The notes under the pieces were generated by a model. It was not told where the DNA came from, searched no databases, and was given only the letters and a program-made list of their open reading frames with translations. A DNA stretch of 64,000 bases from Rickettsia typhi (lineage in GTDB: Bacteria; Pseudomonadota; Alphaproteobacteria; Rickettsiales; UBA1997). How positions within the stretch are numbered: the first letter of the stretch is position 1; every line of letters begins with the position of its first letter. Position numbers and translations under genes: made by a program. The stretch lies in the NCBI GenBank assembly GCA_945901265.1, contig CAMDJZ010000005.1, positions 856 to 64,855 on the forward strand, in the 5' to 3' direction. Positions 51,486-62,203 of this stretch are shown here, in pieces.

Positions 51486-51648
51486 AAATTATGTAAATTT
51501 GATTATTGTATTATTTTATATTGATTTATTTTTTTATCATAAATAAAATTAATAATTAACTTATTTTAACATTTTTAAACTATTTTGAACTAAAGTAGTT
51601 GGTTTATTTATTAAAAAAAATTAATTAAATAAATGAAATTAATTTCAC

Positions 51649-52398
51649 CTACGACATTAACATTCCACCATTGACATGCAAGGTTGTACCAGTAATATAA
51701 CTTGCTTCATCGCTTGCAAGAAAGGCAACTGCGTAAGCAATTTCTTGAGGATTTCCCATTCTATTAGCTGGAATTTTATTAAGAATATTGCTTTTTTGTT
51801 GATCAGTTAAAACATCGGTCATTGGACTTTGGATAAATCCTGGTGAAACACAATTTATCGTGATTGATCTACTTGCAACTTCTAATGCCATTGATTTAGA
51901 CATACCAATAATTCCAGCTTTTGATGCAACATAATTTGCTTGACCTGGATTTCCAGTACTTGCTACTACTGAGGTGATGTTGATAATTCTACCATATTTT
52001 CTTTTAATCATTTTTTTGATAGAATTACGATTAAGAATAAAAGTTGATTTGAGATTAATATCAATTACGTGATTAAAATCTTCTTCTTTCATTCGCAGAA
52101 TTAGACTATCCTTGGTTATTCCTGCGTTACAAACTAGGATATCGATTTGACCGAATAATTCTTCACAACTATCGAAAAGTGCATCAACGCTTTTTGAACA
52201 AGATAAATCACATGCAAAATAATCAATTTTAGCAGTTGTTTGAGCAGAAAGTTCTATAACTAATTCCTGAAGTTTTTCTTCCTTGGTTGCTGATAAAATT
52301 ACTTCCGCACCCTGACTTAGTAAAACTTTGGAAATAGCTTTGCCGATTCCTCCCGTTGCACCTGTAACCAGTGCTTTTTTTCCTGAAAGTTCAAACAT
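51649..52398 (-). CDS. fabG: 3-oxoacyl-[acyl-carrier-protein] reductase
   Basis: SDR motifs TGATGGIGKAI, NAG and YVASKAG. 249 aa. Confidence 0.88.
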   Translation of the reverse strand: MFELSGKKALVTGATGGIGKAISKVLLSQGAEVILSATKEEKLQELVIELSAQTTAKIDYFACDLSCSKSVDALFDSCEELFGQIDILVCNAGITKDSLILRMKEEDFNHVIDINLKSTFILNRNSIKKMIKRKYGRIINITSVVASTGNPGQANYVASKAGIIGMSKSMALEVASRSITINCVSPGFIQSPMTDVLTDQQKSNILNKIPANRMGNPQEIAYAVAFLASDEASYITGTTLHVNGGMLMS

Positions 52399-52519
52399 AA
52401 ATTTTAAATATTAATTTGGTAAAATATTTTTAAAAAATCTTTTAAAAGATTTAATTAATGATATTGGGTTTGCAAGTTATAAAACAAGCTTAAATTATTC
52501 TTTTAAAAAATTAAAGATA

Positions 52520-53284
52520 TTATTTTTTATCAATTTTATCTATGAGATTGTTGATTTTATCTATATCTTTCTGGTCATATCCAGGCTCAATTTGATTATC
52601 TAATTGCTTAGGATTTTTTAAAATTTCTTGAGCATTAATATTTTTTATATCGGGATTTTTAAGCAATTCTTCATCAAGAGATTTATCATCAACTGTTTTG
52701 TTAATCTTTTCTTCAAATTCAAAAGATTTAACAATTGCAAACTCCATATTTTTTGCTATAGCATCGAAAAATAATTTAACAACAGGATCCACAATTTTGC
52801 CCCAAAGCTTGATAGTGTTATATGATTTAGCTTCAGTTAAGATTTTTGGATCCTCAATTTCTTCTTTAGCATTCAATTTATTGCCCAACAAAAATCCATA
52901 CATGTTAAAATAAATTGAATATACACAGCCAAAAATAATTAAAGTTTTAAGAATAGCAAAACATACGCCAAGACTTTTATCTAGAATTTTAGGAGTTGAT
53001 TCGCGAAGTGATTTACAAAGCCCTGAAGTTGATAGCGCAATAGTTATAAAAACTACAAGAAATATTAAACCTCGTGCAGATAAATCAGCGATAATTTTAG
53101 TTTTAATATAATTTTTAAAAAAATCAGATAAATATGGAGCCAGAATATAAGATAAGCTGAATGCTATTACCCAGTTTGAAAATGCAAAAACTTCTTTGAT
53201 CAACCCTCGTAAAAGAGCTGTAATTACGAAGATCAAGCTAAAAATTAAAACTACTAAATCTACAATATTGAATGAGCTAAACAT
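52520..53284 (-). CDS. cvpA: CvpA family (colicin V production) membrane protein
   Basis: NIVDLVVLIFSLIFVITALLRGLIKEVF N-terminus, four TM helices and a charged C-terminal tail. Confidence 0.75.
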   Translation of the reverse strand: MFSSFNIVDLVVLIFSLIFVITALLRGLIKEVFAFSNWVIAFSLSYILAPYLSDFFKNYIKTKIIADLSARGLIFLVVFITIALSTSGLCKSLRESTPKILDKSLGVCFAILKTLIIFGCVYSIYFNMYGFLLGNKLNAKEEIEDPKILTEAKSYNTIKLWGKIVDPVVKLFFDAIAKNMEFAIVKSFEFEEKINKTVDDKSLDEELLKNPDIKNINAQEILKNPKQLDNQIEPGYDQKDIDKINNLIDKIDKK

Positions 53285-53287
53285 ATT

Positions 53288-54031
53288 TTAAAATTTAAAT
53301 AAACGGATAAATGGTAATGATTTTAAAATTTCTTTAGGAGATTTTGGTGTTGAATTTTCATTAATAAAAAAATGTTCTAAATGATGCTTTAAGATTTCTG
53401 TTTGAGTGCATGCATAATCTTTAAAATTTTTTTTATATTTATTGAAAATCATTATTTTTGCAATTTCATTTTCAAGTATATCTTTTGTTTTATTTAGATC
53501 ATCTTCATCTTTAATAAATACAAAAAAACAATGCATGATAACTTTTGCAAGTATTAATCTTTTGCTATAAAAATTAAAATCAGTTGTATTATCACCTATT
53601 GAAAACCAAGCATTATCAGCAATTTTATAACATGATTTTAGAGCTAATGAGATTGGCTTAATTCCAACGCCATATTGCGTAAGATTTTTTGGATTTGAAT
53701 AAAAATTTACTAATCTTTTTAGTGCTAAGCGATGATTTTTTTCTAAACAAAAACGTTGAAAAACAATTTCTTTAATTTTGTCACGAATGCGTAAATCATT
53801 GAAATTATCAATTAATGAAATTTGTTTTGTAGCTAATAAATTAAAGTAATCAATATGAAAAGAATTTAAACTGAGTAACGAATTAGGGAAAATTATTGAT
53901 AAATATTTTTCTTCAATTTCACATTTCTTAAAAGACATGATAAGGCTATTCTCATTCCAGCCATTAAGACCAGCTATCTCAAGGAATGAAAGTAAAATTT
54001 TTTCTTTATTTTCAAATGAATCAATAATCAC
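53288..54031 (-). CDS. COQ9 family protein (rpsU-divergently transcribed protein family)
   Basis: GWNENSL near the N-terminus. WFSIGDNTTDFNFYSKRLILAKV matches the COQ9 pattern W..GD.S.D.N.YTKR..LA.VY. Confidence 0.62.
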   Translation of the reverse strand: MIIDSFENKEKILLSFLEIAGLNGWNENSLIMSFKKCEIEEKYLSIIFPNSLLSLNSFHIDYFNLLATKQISLIDNFNDLRIRDKIKEIVFQRFCLEKNHRLALKRLVNFYSNPKNLTQYGVGIKPISLALKSCYKIADNAWFSIGDNTTDFNFYSKRLILAKVIMHCFFVFIKDEDDLNKTKDILENEIAKIMIFNKYKKNFKDYACTQTEILKHHLEHFFINENSTPKSPKEILKSLPFIRLFKF

Positions 54032-54137
54032 AAAAAAGATCTTAAATATTAAATTTTATATTATAAAATAATAAATATAAGCATGTTGTATAACGCAAAT
54101 TTTGCAAGCTAAATTACAATTAAAAATATTTTTGATA

Positions 54138-55316
54138 ATGTTTACCTCTCCAAAACTATTACCAGTACACAAAAGATTTGATTTGAATTTTGTTAGTGGT
54201 CAAGGAGTATATTTGCTTGATAGCAAAAATAATAAATATCTAGATTTTTCATCAGGAATAGCTGTAAATTCATTAGGGCATTGCCATCCAAAAATGGTTG
54301 AAGCTATTACCAGCCAGTCACGAAAACTTTGGCATGTGTCAAATATCTTTTCTACTGACGAATTAAATAACTATGCAGAAAAATTAATTACGTCTACTAA
54401 AATTTTTGATCATGCATTCTTTTGTAATTCGGGAGCAGAGGCTGTTGAATGTGCGATTAAAATGATTCGTCGATATTTTTATGTAATAAATCAAAAAAAA
54501 TATCGTATTATAACTTTTAAAGGAGCGTTCCACGGCAGAACTATTGCAGCAATATCAGCTTCAGCAAAAAAGAAATATCTCGAAGGTTTTGAACCAGCTC
54601 TTCAAGGTTTTGATAATGTTGAATTTGGCGATATTGAAGCCGTAAGAAATGCCATTACTTCGGAAACTGCTGGAATATTAATCGAGCCGATTCAAGGAGA
54701 AGAAGGGATTCGCGTAAGTGATAAAATATTTATTAAGCAATTAAGAAAAATTTGTGATGATCATGATATGTTATTGGCATTTGATGAAGTTCAATGTGGA
54801 ATGGGAAGAACTGGTCATCTATTTGCTTATGATTTTTACGATACAAAACCAGATATAATTTCAACTGCCAAAGGAATTGGTGGAGGTTTCCCATTGGGCG
54901 CATGTTTAGCAACCAAAAAATCTGCACAAGGAATGACATATGGAGTTCATGGAACGACATATGGGGGTAATCCTCTTGCCATGTCAGTAGCTAATGCTGT
55001 CCTCGATGTTATTCTTAGCGAAGGTTTTTTAGAAAATGTAAAAATTAATGGCAATTTTTTTAAAAACGAGCTGATTAATATAAAAAATAAATTTGGAAAT
55101 ATTATCAGCGAAGTTCGTGGAGTTGGTTTTATGCTTGGTATCAAAATTAATGAATCAATGGAACATGCAGTAATTGTTAAAAAATTTATTGATAATAAAT
55201 TGCTCACCGTTCCAGCTTCGGATAATGTTATAAGAATTTTACCACCCTTAATTAGCTCCAAGGAAAATATATTAGAAGCTCTAGATATAATCCAACAATC
55301 ACTTCATGAAATTTAA
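54138..55316 (+). CDS. argD: Acetylornithine/succinyldiaminopimelate aminotransferase (class III PLP aminotransferase)
   Basis: GIAVNSLGHCHP, NSGAEAVE, FDEVQCGMGRTG and TAKGIGGGFPLGA (PLP lysine). The start is taken at ATG 54138. The track ORF opens at a TTG at 54102. Confidence 0.88.
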   Translation: MFTSPKLLPVHKRFDLNFVSGQGVYLLDSKNNKYLDFSSGIAVNSLGHCHPKMVEAITSQSRKLWHVSNIFSTDELNNYAEKLITSTKIFDHAFFCNSGAEAVECAIKMIRRYFYVINQKKYRIITFKGAFHGRTIAAISASAKKKYLEGFEPALQGFDNVEFGDIEAVRNAITSETAGILIEPIQGEEGIRVSDKIFIKQLRKICDDHDMLLAFDEVQCGMGRTGHLFAYDFYDTKPDIISTAKGIGGGFPLGACLATKKSAQGMTYGVHGTTYGGNPLAMSVANAVLDVILSEGFLENVKINGNFFKNELINIKNKFGNIISEVRGVGFMLGIKINESMEHAVIVKKFIDNKLLTVPASDNVIRILPPLISSKENILEALDIIQQSLHEI

Positions 55317-55319
55317 ATT

Positions 55320-55344
55320 TTATTATGCTTACTGAGCATAATAA
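55320..55344. terminator. 10-bp perfect stem-loop (TTATTATGCT-TACTG-AGCATAATAA) between convergent argD and the PopZ-like gene
   Basis: Inverted repeat read directly. No clean U-run follows on either strand, so terminator function is uncertain. Confidence 0.25.
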
Positions 55345-55469
55345 AAAGATGCTTTATCACTTACAATAATAAATATTTATTGTTATTATATATTGATAGA
55401 ATTAATAAATTTTTTATAAAATAACTTATTTTATTATAATATCTTAGATAATAAATAAGTTACTTATAA

Positions 55470-57428
55470 CTAGTTTTTGGGAATAATCTTGGATATTTCC
55501 TCTCTAACAACCTTCTCTACAATTTCAGCAAGATTTTCATTTATCCAGCGTTCAAGCTTAGGCTCCATTAATTGAACAGCTATTTCAATTGGATAGGGAC
55601 TTTGCATAAAGTTAGAAATTCCAGTCATCATTGATTTTGTATCAAGTAATTTTTGAATTGAGTTTGAGGATTGTAAAATAACATCTTCATGGAGAATCGG
55701 TTTGTTAATTTCTGGATGATAATCATGGTCTAAGTGCTGATTATCATCCAATAAATTATGGTCATCAAGGTCATGTAAATCTGTTTTGATTTCTGATTTA
55801 TTATTATCAAAATGTTGTTGATTGTTTAATTGAGAAAAAGAGTTATTAACTGCAATATTTTGATTTTGTTGGCCATTTTCTAAAATGTCATTTTCATTTT
55901 TTTTAGCTAAATTATTTGCAGATAAAAATTGAGATTCATCACTAGTAACATTATCATGCGATACTAAATTAATTGAGTCATTCAATGGCTTTGCTTTAGA
56001 TTCATTCGAAAAATTACTGGCCTGATTTATGCCAAATAATTTATCAGAAGCAATTTCCAATTCATTATCGAATTGAGCAGGAGAATCTTTATCGGGTGTT
56101 AATGGTTTAATTTGCTCATTATTATTTGCATTAATTGAAGATGGAGTCAAATTATCACTTGGCATTTTTTGATCATAAGAAGATGATTTATTATCCAAAA
56201 CATCATTTTTGAAATCAGGATTAGAAGCTAAAATTTTATTTTCATGATGTTCATTTATCGATAAAACATTGCTATCAAGATGATTTAACTCTTTTTCAAA
56301 TTCAAAATCAATTTCATTTTTATTATTTTGTTGAGCTGATTCTTCCTTAATTGAGTTATCCTTATTGGATTTGTCATTATCTTCAATTTTTAAATTATTA
56401 TCAATATTAAAATTATTTAAATCAGCAATTTTTAAATCATTGTTTTCATGAAGATCATCATGAAAATCTAATTCACTATGATCATCTTTGTTAGATGTTT
56501 TTTGATCAGTATTTTTTAAATTTAAATCACCTAATTTATCATTATTAATTTGACTGGAAAGCCTGGAAAACAAAGTTACTTCTGATTTTTTTGTATCAGA
56601 TAAATTTGATTGATTATTCTGTTTAGCATGATCTCTAATATCAATATTTGGTTGTGTAAATGAAGAATTATTCAATGAAGAATTTCCAAATAATTTTTCA
56701 TCAGCAATACTTAAATCATCAGCAAAACTTAGATTCAAATCATCGCTTTGATGAGATGAGTTTACCGATGGTTCTAATGAGTTTACCGATGATTCTTTTG
56801 ATATTTCAGCTGTATTAATTGCAAAATCATTACTGATAAAATTTTCATCATTATTTTGCTTTTTAATATATAAATTATAAATTGAACTGGATGAAACTCC
56901 ACCATCAAGATCTTCGTCGCTAAGCTCATCTTCATATTCTTCAATAATATTTTCAATTTCAAAATCAAATTCGTTATTTGAAGGGTCGTTAATTTGGTTA
57001 TGAGAATTTTTAACTATTCCTAAATTTGCCAATACCGGATTACTTGTCTCGCTTGATTCTTGGTTCTTGGTAACTGGAGGGTTTTCTTCTTTTACAGGTG
57101 GATTATCATCGCTTCCAAAATTTAAACTAAAATCAAATTTCATTTCCGATGAACCTTCATTTGATTGCGATGGCAGTGAAGCTGAAGCTAAGCCAGAATC
57201 TAATTTAGAGGCTTCGCTATAATTAGGTTCCATTTTTGATTCTTGAGGAAGCTGACCTTGATTCTGCTTGCTTTGTTCAGCCTCAGCTTTATTTGATTTT
57301 GTTGAAGGTACAACATAATCAAACTCATTGGTTAAATCTTCAGCGGGAGCTTTATTTTTTGTTCCACGATCTAACCTATCGAGCTTCTTTTTTATAACAC
57401 CAAGTATTGACAAAGTTTTTTCAGACAT
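55470..57428 (-). CDS. PopZ-like pole-organizing protein (DUF2497) with a greatly expanded low-complexity linker
   Basis: The C-terminus LMEPKLERWINENLAEIVEKVVREEISKIIP matches the DUF2497/PopZ signature. The N-terminus has a short LSILGVIKKKL helix. About 550 aa of Asn/Asp/Ser/Glu-rich sequence lie between them. Confidence 0.7.
   Translation of the reverse strand: MSEKTLSILGVIKKKLDRLDRGTKNKAPAEDLTNEFDYVVPSTKSNKAEAEQSKQNQGQLPQESKMEPNYSEASKLDSGLASASLPSQSNEGSSEMKFDFSLNFGSDDNPPVKEENPPVTKNQESSETSNPVLANLGIVKNSHNQINDPSNNEFDFEIENIIEEYEDELSDEDLDGGVSSSSIYNLYIKKQNNDENFISNDFAINTAEISKESSVNSLEPSVNSSHQSDDLNLSFADDLSIADEKLFGNSSLNNSSFTQPNIDIRDHAKQNNQSNLSDTKKSEVTLFSRLSSQINNDKLGDLNLKNTDQKTSNKDDHSELDFHDDLHENNDLKIADLNNFNIDNNLKIEDNDKSNKDNSIKEESAQQNNKNEIDFEFEKELNHLDSNVLSINEHHENKILASNPDFKNDVLDNKSSSYDQKMPSDNLTPSSINANNNEQIKPLTPDKDSPAQFDNELEIASDKLFGINQASNFSNESKAKPLNDSINLVSHDNVTSDESQFLSANNLAKKNENDILENGQQNQNIAVNNSFSQLNNQQHFDNNKSEIKTDLHDLDDHNLLDDNQHLDHDYHPEINKPILHEDVILQSSNSIQKLLDTKSMMTGISNFMQSPYPIEIAVQLMEPKLERWINENLAEIVEKVVREEISKIIPKN
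56758..56799 (-). repeat. 21-bp tandem duplication within the PopZ-like gene (encodes SVNSLEP/SVNSSHQ)
   Basis: GAGTTTACCGATGGTTCTAAT / GAGTTTACCGATGATTCTTTT, read directly on the + strand. Confidence 0.8.
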
Positions 57429-57538
57429 GAATATTAATTTTTTTTAAAAACAATCTGATTGTTTTTTTAAATTGGCAAGAAAATAATTTGTCATATCTTT
57501 TTTAATAAAATAATAAATACAACAATAATGTTTTACTT

Positions 57539-59536
57539 GTGAATAAAAAAATTATCAAATGTTTTTTTTGGATTATAATTGGCATAGCTGGAGCATCAAG
57601 CCTTGGTGGTATTGCCTTGATACGTGGTGAGAAAATTTCCTCATTATGGTTTATATGCGCTACAATATGTTGTCAATTATTAGGCTATCGTTTTTATAGC
57701 GCATGGATAGCAATTAAAATTTTAAAAATTGATCAACATAGAAAAACTCCTGCTGTAAAAATTAATGACGGTAAGGATTTTGTTCCAACTCATCGCTGGA
57801 TTGCTTTTGGACATCACTTCGCAGCAATTGCTGGTCCGGGTCCATTAATTGGTCCAACACTTGCCGTTCAGTTTGGATATCTCCCAGGAACTTTATGGAT
57901 CGTAATTGGCTCAGTTCTTGCAGGAGCTGTCCAAGATATGATAATTCTTTTTGCTTCAATGCGTCGCGATTCAAAATCGCTTGGTAAAATGATCGAAGAT
58001 GAAATTGGTAAAGTTGCTGGTTTTTGTGCCTTAATTGGCACCTTTGCAATTATAATTATATTAATCGCAGTATTGGGATTAATCGTTGTTAAAGCTTTAG
58101 CGCATAGTCCTTGGGGAAGTTTTACGGTGTTAATGACTATTCCAATTGCCATGATTGTTGGTGTATATTTATTTCATATAAGACCTTCTGGAGTTCTTGA
58201 GGCAAGTATTGTTGGAATAATTTTATTTTTGCTTGCAGTATATGGTGGGGGAATTGTCCACAACAATTCCTATCTTGAAAAAATTTTTGATCAACAGCCA
58301 AAATTTATAGCATTTTGTGTAATTTTTTATGGCTTTTTAGCTGCAGTATTGCCGGTCTGGCTGTTACTTGCTCCTCGTGATTATCTATCATCATTTTTGA
58401 AAATTGGAACGATAAGTTTAATGGCGATAGCCTTGCTAATATTTCATCCGCAAATGCAAATGCCAGCTCTTACAAATTTTGCAGATAATGATGGATTGGT
58501 TTTCAATGGCAAAATCTTTCCCTTTCTTTTTATAATAATTGGTTGTGGAGCAATTTCTGGATTCCATGCTCTTGTCGCATCAGGAACAACTCCAAAATTA
58601 ATAAGTAACGAAAATGATATTCGCTTGGTTGGCTATGGAAGTATGTTGCTCGAAGGCTTTGTAGCAATGATGGCTTTAATAACTGCTTGCGTTTTAGATC
58701 CTGCTATTTATTTCGCCATCAACACTTCTGCTGCCAATCTTGGTGTTGACGCGGTTGCTACTTTAAAGAATTATGGATTCACTTTAAACTTAGCTGATAT
58801 GGATATCTTAGCCAAACAAATGGGTGAAAAAAGTTTAATGTCAAGAACAGGAGGAGCTCCTTCACTTGCGGTTGGAATGGCCAAAATTTTTTCATCAGCT
58901 TTTGGAGAAAATATGCTGGCGATGTGGTATCACTTTGCAATAATGTTTGAAGCAATTTTTATTTTAACAACCTTAGATGCAGGAACAAGAGTAGCTCGAT
59001 TTATGTTTGAAGATATTTGTAAATTTCGTGATAAAAAATTTTCTGAATCAAACTTGATAGCAATTTTTTCAAGTAGTTTTGTTGTTTTTTGTTGGGGATA
59101 TTTTTTGTATATTGGCATAATTGATCCTAATGGCGGTGTAAATATTCTTTGGCCATTATTTGGAATTTCCAACCAGATACTCGCTTGTATTGCTCTATGT
59201 CTAGGAACTATATTGCTTTATAAGATCAAAAGAAAATATTCACTAATTACTGCCCTGCCCTTGATATTAATTGCAATTAATACCAGTAACGCCGTAATTA
59301 CAAAAATATTTTCAAATGATAGTAGAATTGGTTTTTTAGCAACTGCAAAATTATGGCAACAGCGTTTAGATTCAGGATTCATAATCGATAAAACTCAGAT
59401 AGATATAGCTAGAAAAATAATTTTTAATCAACAACTTGTTTCGAGTTTGGCGATGTTTTTTTTCATAATTTTATGGATAATAATCTTTTGCTCTTTAAAA
59501 AGAATTTATCAAATTAATCGTAAAATAGCAAAATAA
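57539..59536 (+). CDS. cstA: Carbon starvation protein A (CstA family peptide/pyruvate transporter)
   Basis: 665-aa polytopic protein with HFAAIAGPGPLIGP and GCGAISGFH motifs. GTG start. Confidence 0.9.
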   Translation: MNKKIIKCFFWIIIGIAGASSLGGIALIRGEKISSLWFICATICCQLLGYRFYSAWIAIKILKIDQHRKTPAVKINDGKDFVPTHRWIAFGHHFAAIAGPGPLIGPTLAVQFGYLPGTLWIVIGSVLAGAVQDMIILFASMRRDSKSLGKMIEDEIGKVAGFCALIGTFAIIIILIAVLGLIVVKALAHSPWGSFTVLMTIPIAMIVGVYLFHIRPSGVLEASIVGIILFLLAVYGGGIVHNNSYLEKIFDQQPKFIAFCVIFYGFLAAVLPVWLLLAPRDYLSSFLKIGTISLMAIALLIFHPQMQMPALTNFADNDGLVFNGKIFPFLFIIIGCGAISGFHALVASGTTPKLISNENDIRLVGYGSMLLEGFVAMMALITACVLDPAIYFAINTSAANLGVDAVATLKNYGFTLNLADMDILAKQMGEKSLMSRTGGAPSLAVGMAKIFSSAFGENMLAMWYHFAIMFEAIFILTTLDAGTRVARFMFEDICKFRDKKFSESNLIAIFSSSFVVFCWGYFLYIGIIDPNGGVNILWPLFGISNQILACIALCLGTILLYKIKRKYSLITALPLILIAINTSNAVITKIFSNDSRIGFLATAKLWQQRLDSGFIIDKTQIDIARKIIFNQQLVSSLAMFFFIILWIIIFCSLKRIYQINRKIAK

Positions 59537-59537
59537 A

Positions 59538-59723
59538 ATGAAGAATTTTTATAATTTTTTACGTGAAGTTTATCATTTTTTAAATGGTAACAATGCTTAT
59601 AAGAGCTATCTTGCCTCGCATAATAAAAATAACAATAATTGTCAAAAAAAAATCTTAAGCAAAAAAAAATTTTTACAAAATCAACAGTTAAGAAAATATA
59701 AAACAATTAATCGCTGTTGTTAG
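59538..59723 (+). CDS. ybdD: YbdD/YjiX family small protein (DUF466), the usual CstA partner
   Basis: 61 aa, starting 2 nt after cstA. LNGNNAYKSYLASH and the terminal RCC match the YbdD pattern. Confidence 0.75.
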   Translation: MKNFYNFLREVYHFLNGNNAYKSYLASHNKNNNNCQKKILSKKKFLQNQQLRKYKTINRCC

Positions 59724-59770
59724 TTTTAAATATTTTAAAAATATTTTTATTAATATTATTATTTTTGAAT

Positions 59771-60868
59771 TTAATTATTAAATCGGAAATGAAATACATC
59801 GCCATCCTGAGTAATATATTCCTTGCCTTCAAGCCTTAATTTTCCTGCATTTTTTACACCATCTTCGCCTTTAAAAGCAATGTAGTCATCATAACTAATT
59901 GTTTCAGCACGAATAAATCCCTTTTCAAAATCGGTATGAATTGCTCCTGCAGATTTTGGAGCATTGGAACCTTTTTTAACAGTCCAAGCGTGACATTCTT
60001 TTGGTCCAACTGTAAAAAAAGAAATTAATTCAAGCAAGCTATATGCGCTACGAATTATTTGCGATAAACCTGTTTCATGTAAACCAATTTGCTGTAAAAA
60101 TTCTTGTTTTTCAGCTTCAGTTTCAAGACTTGCAACATCAGCTTCAATCTGCGCACAAATCTTTAAAGCCATAAAATTTTCTTTTTTTACAAAATCTTCA
60201 ACTGCATGCCAATATTTATTTCCAGCTAGCTCATGCTCTTTTAAATTACAAACAAACATTTGCGGTTTAGCAGTAATTAATTGTAAATTTTTTAAAATCT
60301 TTTCCTCATCGATATTTTTAATTTCAACGCTACGTGCTATTTTACCAATTTTTAAAACTTCCAAAACTCTTTTTGCTATTACAATTTGTCCCTCAACTTC
60401 CTTATCGGTTTTTAATTTTTTTTCTAAAGTTGGAATTCTTTTTTCAAGACTTTCAAGATCAGCAAGTATTAGCTCCAATTGAATCAATTCAATATCGCGA
60501 AGAGGATCAACATTATTTTCCACATGAGTAATATTTTCATCGTCGAAGCATCTAACAACATTTATAATTGCATCAACCTCACGAATATGCGACAAAAATT
60601 GATTACCCAAACCCTCACCCTTACTAGCCCCGCGAACTAATCCAGCAATATCAACAAATTCAATTTGGGCAGGAATTAACTGCGCTGAACCAGCAATTTC
60701 GGCAAGTTTAGTCAAGCGTAAATCAGGAACATTCACTCTTCCAACGTTTGGCTCAATTGTACAAAAAGGATAATTAGCTGCTTGCGCTTGCGCAGTTTGT
60801 GTTAAAGCATTAAACAAGGTCGATTTACCAACGTTTGGCAAGCCAACAATTCCACATTTTAAAGACAT
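59771..60868 (-). CDS. ychF: Redox-regulated ATPase YchF
   Basis: GIVGLPNVGKSTLFNAL, the NYPFCTIEPN G-domain, and a TGS-like C-terminus (HTDFEKGFIRAE). Confidence 0.95.
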   Translation of the reverse strand: MSLKCGIVGLPNVGKSTLFNALTQTAQAQAANYPFCTIEPNVGRVNVPDLRLTKLAEIAGSAQLIPAQIEFVDIAGLVRGASKGEGLGNQFLSHIREVDAIINVVRCFDDENITHVENNVDPLRDIELIQLELILADLESLEKRIPTLEKKLKTDKEVEGQIVIAKRVLEVLKIGKIARSVEIKNIDEEKILKNLQLITAKPQMFVCNLKEHELAGNKYWHAVEDFVKKENFMALKICAQIEADVASLETEAEKQEFLQQIGLHETGLSQIIRSAYSLLELISFFTVGPKECHAWTVKKGSNAPKSAGAIHTDFEKGFIRAETISYDDYIAFKGEDGVKNAGKLRLEGKEYITQDGDVFHFRFNN

Positions 60869-61022
60869 ATTTTAAGAAGATTATTAAAAAAATTATTGTA
60901 AAAATTTTCAATAAAAAAAACCAGTAAAATTTTTACAAATAAAATTAAATTTGTTTTGCAATCAATAAAAAAGGTATTTAAAAAAACTAGCAGATTAAAC
61001 ATTAACCTAAATTTTATTTACA

Positions 61023-62147
61023 ATGTATTGGCGTTTTTTTATTATTATTTCCTTATTTTTTACTACAAGCTGTTTATTCTCAAAAAAAATAACCATTAGA
61101 TCAAAAAGCAATATTATACTTAGGGAAATTGATTTTTCAGAATTAAAAAACTGGCAAGATGATAATCATCTGGAAGCTCTATTAGCTTTTAGTCATTCAT
61201 GTAGAAAATTTGCAAAAATGAATCAAAGCTCGGTAATTGCTTCACAACTTGGCTTTATAACTGCCGGGGATTATCGCGATGTTTGTGAAATTGCCGAAGT
61301 TCTTCGAACACTTAGTTCAAAACAAACTCGTAATTTTTTTGAAAATTGGTTTCGTGCTTTTGAAATTTCCGATAGACAGGGCGAAAAGGAAGGATTATTC
61401 ACCGGATATTATGAGCCTATGCTTAATGGCAGCAAAAATAAAACTGGAAAATATCAATATCCAGTTTACTCACGTCCGCAAAATCTAACAGCTACCGAAG
61501 AATACCTTACTAGATCCGATATTGAGGCTGGCGCTTTAAAAAATAAAAAACTCGAAATACTTTATGTTGATAATAAGGTTGATTTATTTTTTGCTCATAT
61601 TCAAGGATCGATGCGCGTTAAATTAAATGATTCACGAGAGATTAGACTTTCATATGCTGGAAGAAATAATCATCGATTTACAGCAATTGCCAATCCAATG
61701 ATTGAAAAAAAATTAATACCGCGTAGTTTAGCGAATTCTGGTTCGGTAAGAGATTGGTTAAAAGAAAATCCTGATAAAGCCGATGAAATTATGAATATTA
61801 ATGACGCCTATACCTTTTATAAAGTCTTTGACGGAGAATATGTTATTGGCGCGCAAAATGTTCCGCTCACTGCAGAAAGATCTTTGGCAATTGATAACGA
61901 AATGTTACCTTATGGATCCTTATTATGGATTGAAACTAAATTAAAAAATAAAACTGGTAAAACCCAGCCCTACAATCGCTTAATGGTTTCACAAGATACC
62001 GGCTCGGCAATTAAAGGAGTTGTACGAGGTGATATTTTCTTCGGCAATGGTAAGGAAGCTGAGGAAAAGGCTTTTTATATGGCCAATCGTGGTCGTTATT
62101 ATATTTTATTGCCAATAAGTGTAATTGAAAAATTATTAGCAAAATAA
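61023..62147 (+). CDS. mltA: Murein transglycosylase A
   Basis: Lipoprotein-like leader (FFTTSC), then FFAHIQGS and the 3D-domain motif QDTGSAIKG. Confidence 0.85.
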   Translation: MYWRFFIIISLFFTTSCLFSKKITIRSKSNIILREIDFSELKNWQDDNHLEALLAFSHSCRKFAKMNQSSVIASQLGFITAGDYRDVCEIAEVLRTLSSKQTRNFFENWFRAFEISDRQGEKEGLFTGYYEPMLNGSKNKTGKYQYPVYSRPQNLTATEEYLTRSDIEAGALKNKKLEILYVDNKVDLFFAHIQGSMRVKLNDSREIRLSYAGRNNHRFTAIANPMIEKKLIPRSLANSGSVRDWLKENPDKADEIMNINDAYTFYKVFDGEYVIGAQNVPLTAERSLAIDNEMLPYGSLLWIETKLKNKTGKTQPYNRLMVSQDTGSAIKGVVRGDIFFGNGKEAEEKAFYMANRGRYYILLPISVIEKLLAK

Positions 62148-62203
62148 AAATCTTTCTATTAAAATTGTTAAGTTCAATTGTTTTTTAATTAATATATTAA
62201 CTC

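Noticed and set aside
59509-59706. 65-aa minus-strand ORF opposite ybdD
   Set aside because: The plus-strand ORF has the YbdD signature (terminal RCC, position after cstA). The minus-strand ORF is its shadow.
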